A stretch of 64,000 nucleotides of DNA from a bacterium (lineage in GTDB: Bacteria; Zhuqueibacterota; Zhuqueibacteria; Residuimicrobiales; Krinioviventaceae): the NCBI GenBank assembly GCA_963674595.2, contig CAXXFV010000027.1:362887-426886 (forward strand), read 5' to 3'. The notes under the pieces are model-generated. The model did not search any database. It saw nothing but the letters and a program-made list of their open reading frames with translations, and was not told the DNA's origin. A program made the position numbers and the translations under genes. The first letter of the stretch is position 1. Every line of letters starts with the position of its first letter. Positions 62,288-64,000 of this stretch are shown here, one piece after another.

Positions 62288-63280
62288 TTATAAACGAACA
62301 GCAGCAGAACCCCAGGTCAACCCTGCACCAAATGCAACAAGTATGGCTACCTGGTTATCTGTTACCATTTTTGTTTTTCTGGCTTCATCCAATGCTATTG
62401 GAATGGAAGCGGCTGAAGTGTTGCCGAATTTATGGATGTTTTTAAAAATTTTCTCTGCCGGCACTTTAACACGTTTAGCTGTTGCGTCAATGATACGCAT
62501 ATTAGCCTGATGCGAAATTAAAATATCAACATCCTCACTTTTCAGGCCTGTATCTTTAATAATTTTTACAGCAGCATCGCCCATTGCCGTAACAGCGTTT
62601 TTAAACACTTCACGACCGGTCATCTTAATATAATTAAGCCTTTGATCTATGCTTTGCTGAGGCGGTATAGCCGTACCCAGACCCGGCATGTATAATAACT
62701 TGTTCAAGCGTCCGTCACTTTTTATAAAAGTTCCCAAAATACCCCGATCATCAACAGAAGGCTGCACAACAGCAGCACCGGCGCCATCACCAAAAAGAAC
62801 ACATGTGGCACGATCTTCATAATCGGTAATTGTGGATAATCTTTCTCCACCGATGACAAGAATATTTTTACCCATACCGGAACTAATTAAAGAATCAGCC
62901 ATTCTCAAACCATAAATAAAACCGGAACAAGCGGCAGCAATATCAAAAGCGGCGGCGTTGACGGCACCGATTTTCTCCTGTATAAAACAGGCTGTTGATG
63001 GAAAACCATAATCACCGGTAATTGAGGCAACAATGATATGATCTATTTCTTCTACAGAAACACCGGCATCATCCAGCGCATTTATAGCAGCTTCAGCACA
63101 AAGATCGGATGTTAACTGATCTTCTGCGGCAATAAAGCGGCTTTCAATACCTGTACGTGTTCGAATCCATTCATCAGTTGTATCGACTATTTTTTCGAGA
63201 TCAAAATTTGTTAATTTCTTTTTAGGAATAGCAGATCCGGTTCCACTAATCATTGATTTTGGCTTGAGTATCAACATCAT
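62288..63280 (-). CDS. fabH: 3-oxoacyl-ACP synthase III
   Basis: AACSGF, LFGDGAGA, HQANMRI, GNTSAASIP and FGAGLTWG motifs. Confidence 0.97.
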   Translation of the reverse strand: MMLILKPKSMISGTGSAIPKKKLTNFDLEKIVDTTDEWIRTRTGIESRFIAAEDQLTSDLCAEAAINALDDAGVSVEEIDHIIVASITGDYGFPSTACFIQEKIGAVNAAAFDIAAACSGFIYGLRMADSLISSGMGKNILVIGGERLSTITDYEDRATCVLFGDGAGAAVVQPSVDDRGILGTFIKSDGRLNKLLYMPGLGTAIPPQQSIDQRLNYIKMTGREVFKNAVTAMGDAAVKIIKDTGLKSEDVDILISHQANMRIIDATAKRVKVPAEKIFKNIHKFGNTSAASIPIALDEARKTKMVTDNQVAILVAFGAGLTWGSAAVRL

Positions 63281-63293
63281 CTCCTGATTAGGG

Positions 63294-64000
63294 TTAATTT
63301 TGTCCTTCGGACAAGGCTAATTGTTCTTTGATATGATTATTAATATTCTCAGTAACGGATTTATAGGAAGCCAAAACGGCATTTTTAATAGCATGAGGTG
63401 ATGATTTTCCATGCGCTATAACACAGCATCCCTGAACACCAAGTAAAGGCGCTCCACCATATTCCTGATAATCAAAAGCCTTGCGAATACCATCGAATGT
63501 TGGTTTCATAAGCGCGGCGCCGATTTGTGAAAAAATATACCTTCTAACAAGTCGCCGCAGGTTACTTTTGAAAAGACCATGAAGACTTTCTGCAAACTTT
63601 AAGATAATGTTCCCAACATAACCATCGCAAATAACAACATCTGACCGGCCCTTTAAAACGTCTCCGCCTTCAACATTGCCGATAAAGTTCAAAGAACTTT
63701 TGCTCAGCATGGCATTCGTTTTGATGGTCGTTTCATTTCCTTTTGAGGCCTCGTGTCCAACACTTAACAAGCCGACAGTCGGATTTTCTTCACCGAAAAT
63801 ACGTGAAAAAAAGATACTGCCCATAACAGCAAACTGGTATAAATCTTCCGGTCTGCTATCTACATTTGCGCCTGCATCCAAAAGTAACACCTTGCCGGTT
63901 TCTGTCGGAGAATTGAACCAATCGCAGGGCGGCGAATCCCTTTTACTCTTCCTAAACCAAAAAGAGCAGAAGCCATTACCGCCCCGGTGTTTCCGGCACT
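63294..64000 (-). CDS. plsX: Phosphate acyltransferase PlsX, C-terminal part (1-bp deletion at ~63907)
   Basis: SAGNTGA...RRPAI at the window edge; LLDAGAN, GNVEG, CDGYVGN and YGGAPLLG motifs. Confidence 0.95.
   Translation of the reverse strand, partial: CRKHRGGNGFCSFWFRKSKRDSPPCDWFNSPTETGKVLLLDAGANVDSRPEDLYQFAVMGSIFFSRIFGEENPTVGLLSVGHEASKGNETTIKTNAMLSKSSLNFIGNVEGGDVLKGRSDVVICDGYVGNIILKFAESLHGLFKSNLRRLVRRYIFSQIGAALMKPTFDGIRKAFDYQEYGGAPLLGVQGCCVIAHGKSSPHAIKNAVLASYKSVTENINNHIKEQLALSEGQN

Noticed and set aside
542-62510. Numerous 60-133-aa ORFs in the six-frame track, including the identical pairs 35313/36717 and 35570/36974
   Set aside because: They are antisense or out-of-frame shadows of well-supported genes; the identical pairs merely reflect the intragenic duplication.
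1-64000. tRNA, rRNA, IS, integrase or prophage
   Set aside because: No such motifs or ORFs were recognised; the island boundaries show no att-like repeats that I could detect by eye.

Overview
AT-rich bacterial window, most likely from an FCB-superphylum, non-Bacteroidota lineage such as KSB1 or Calditrichota. This is inferred from YPNPFNP C-terminal sorting tails, UPF0164/PorV-like barrels, GGAGG Shine-Dalgarno use and the absence of susD. Positions 1-48.1 kb form one minus-strand carbohydrate-utilisation island: GH36, GH92, GH38, a GH63/MGH1-like enzyme, a beta-helix protein, two Na+/solute symporters, GDPD and EEP phospho-esterases, and four tail-bearing secreted proteins. The island is built around two copies of a 4-gene module: TonB-dependent receptor, ~1100-aa acidic FN3/CTD protein, PorV-like barrel and parvulin. 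A divergent membrane-anchored wHTH regulator with a palindromic candidate operator follows. At 51.03-51.49 kb lies a tandem array of three ~65-75-nt structured elements, each with its own sigma70-like promoter, a covarying stem, two exposed C-tracts and a U-tail; this is the best candidate for an undescribed system (sibling sRNAs). Next come a small protein, radical SAM, U32, DUF4097, URO-D and acyl-CoA dehydrogenase genes, and the plsX-fabH-fabD-fabG-acpP-fabF-rnc cluster. Five 1-2-bp frameshifts, four of them in housekeeping genes, are most likely sequencing errors. All alignments and folds were done by eye; no database searches were run.
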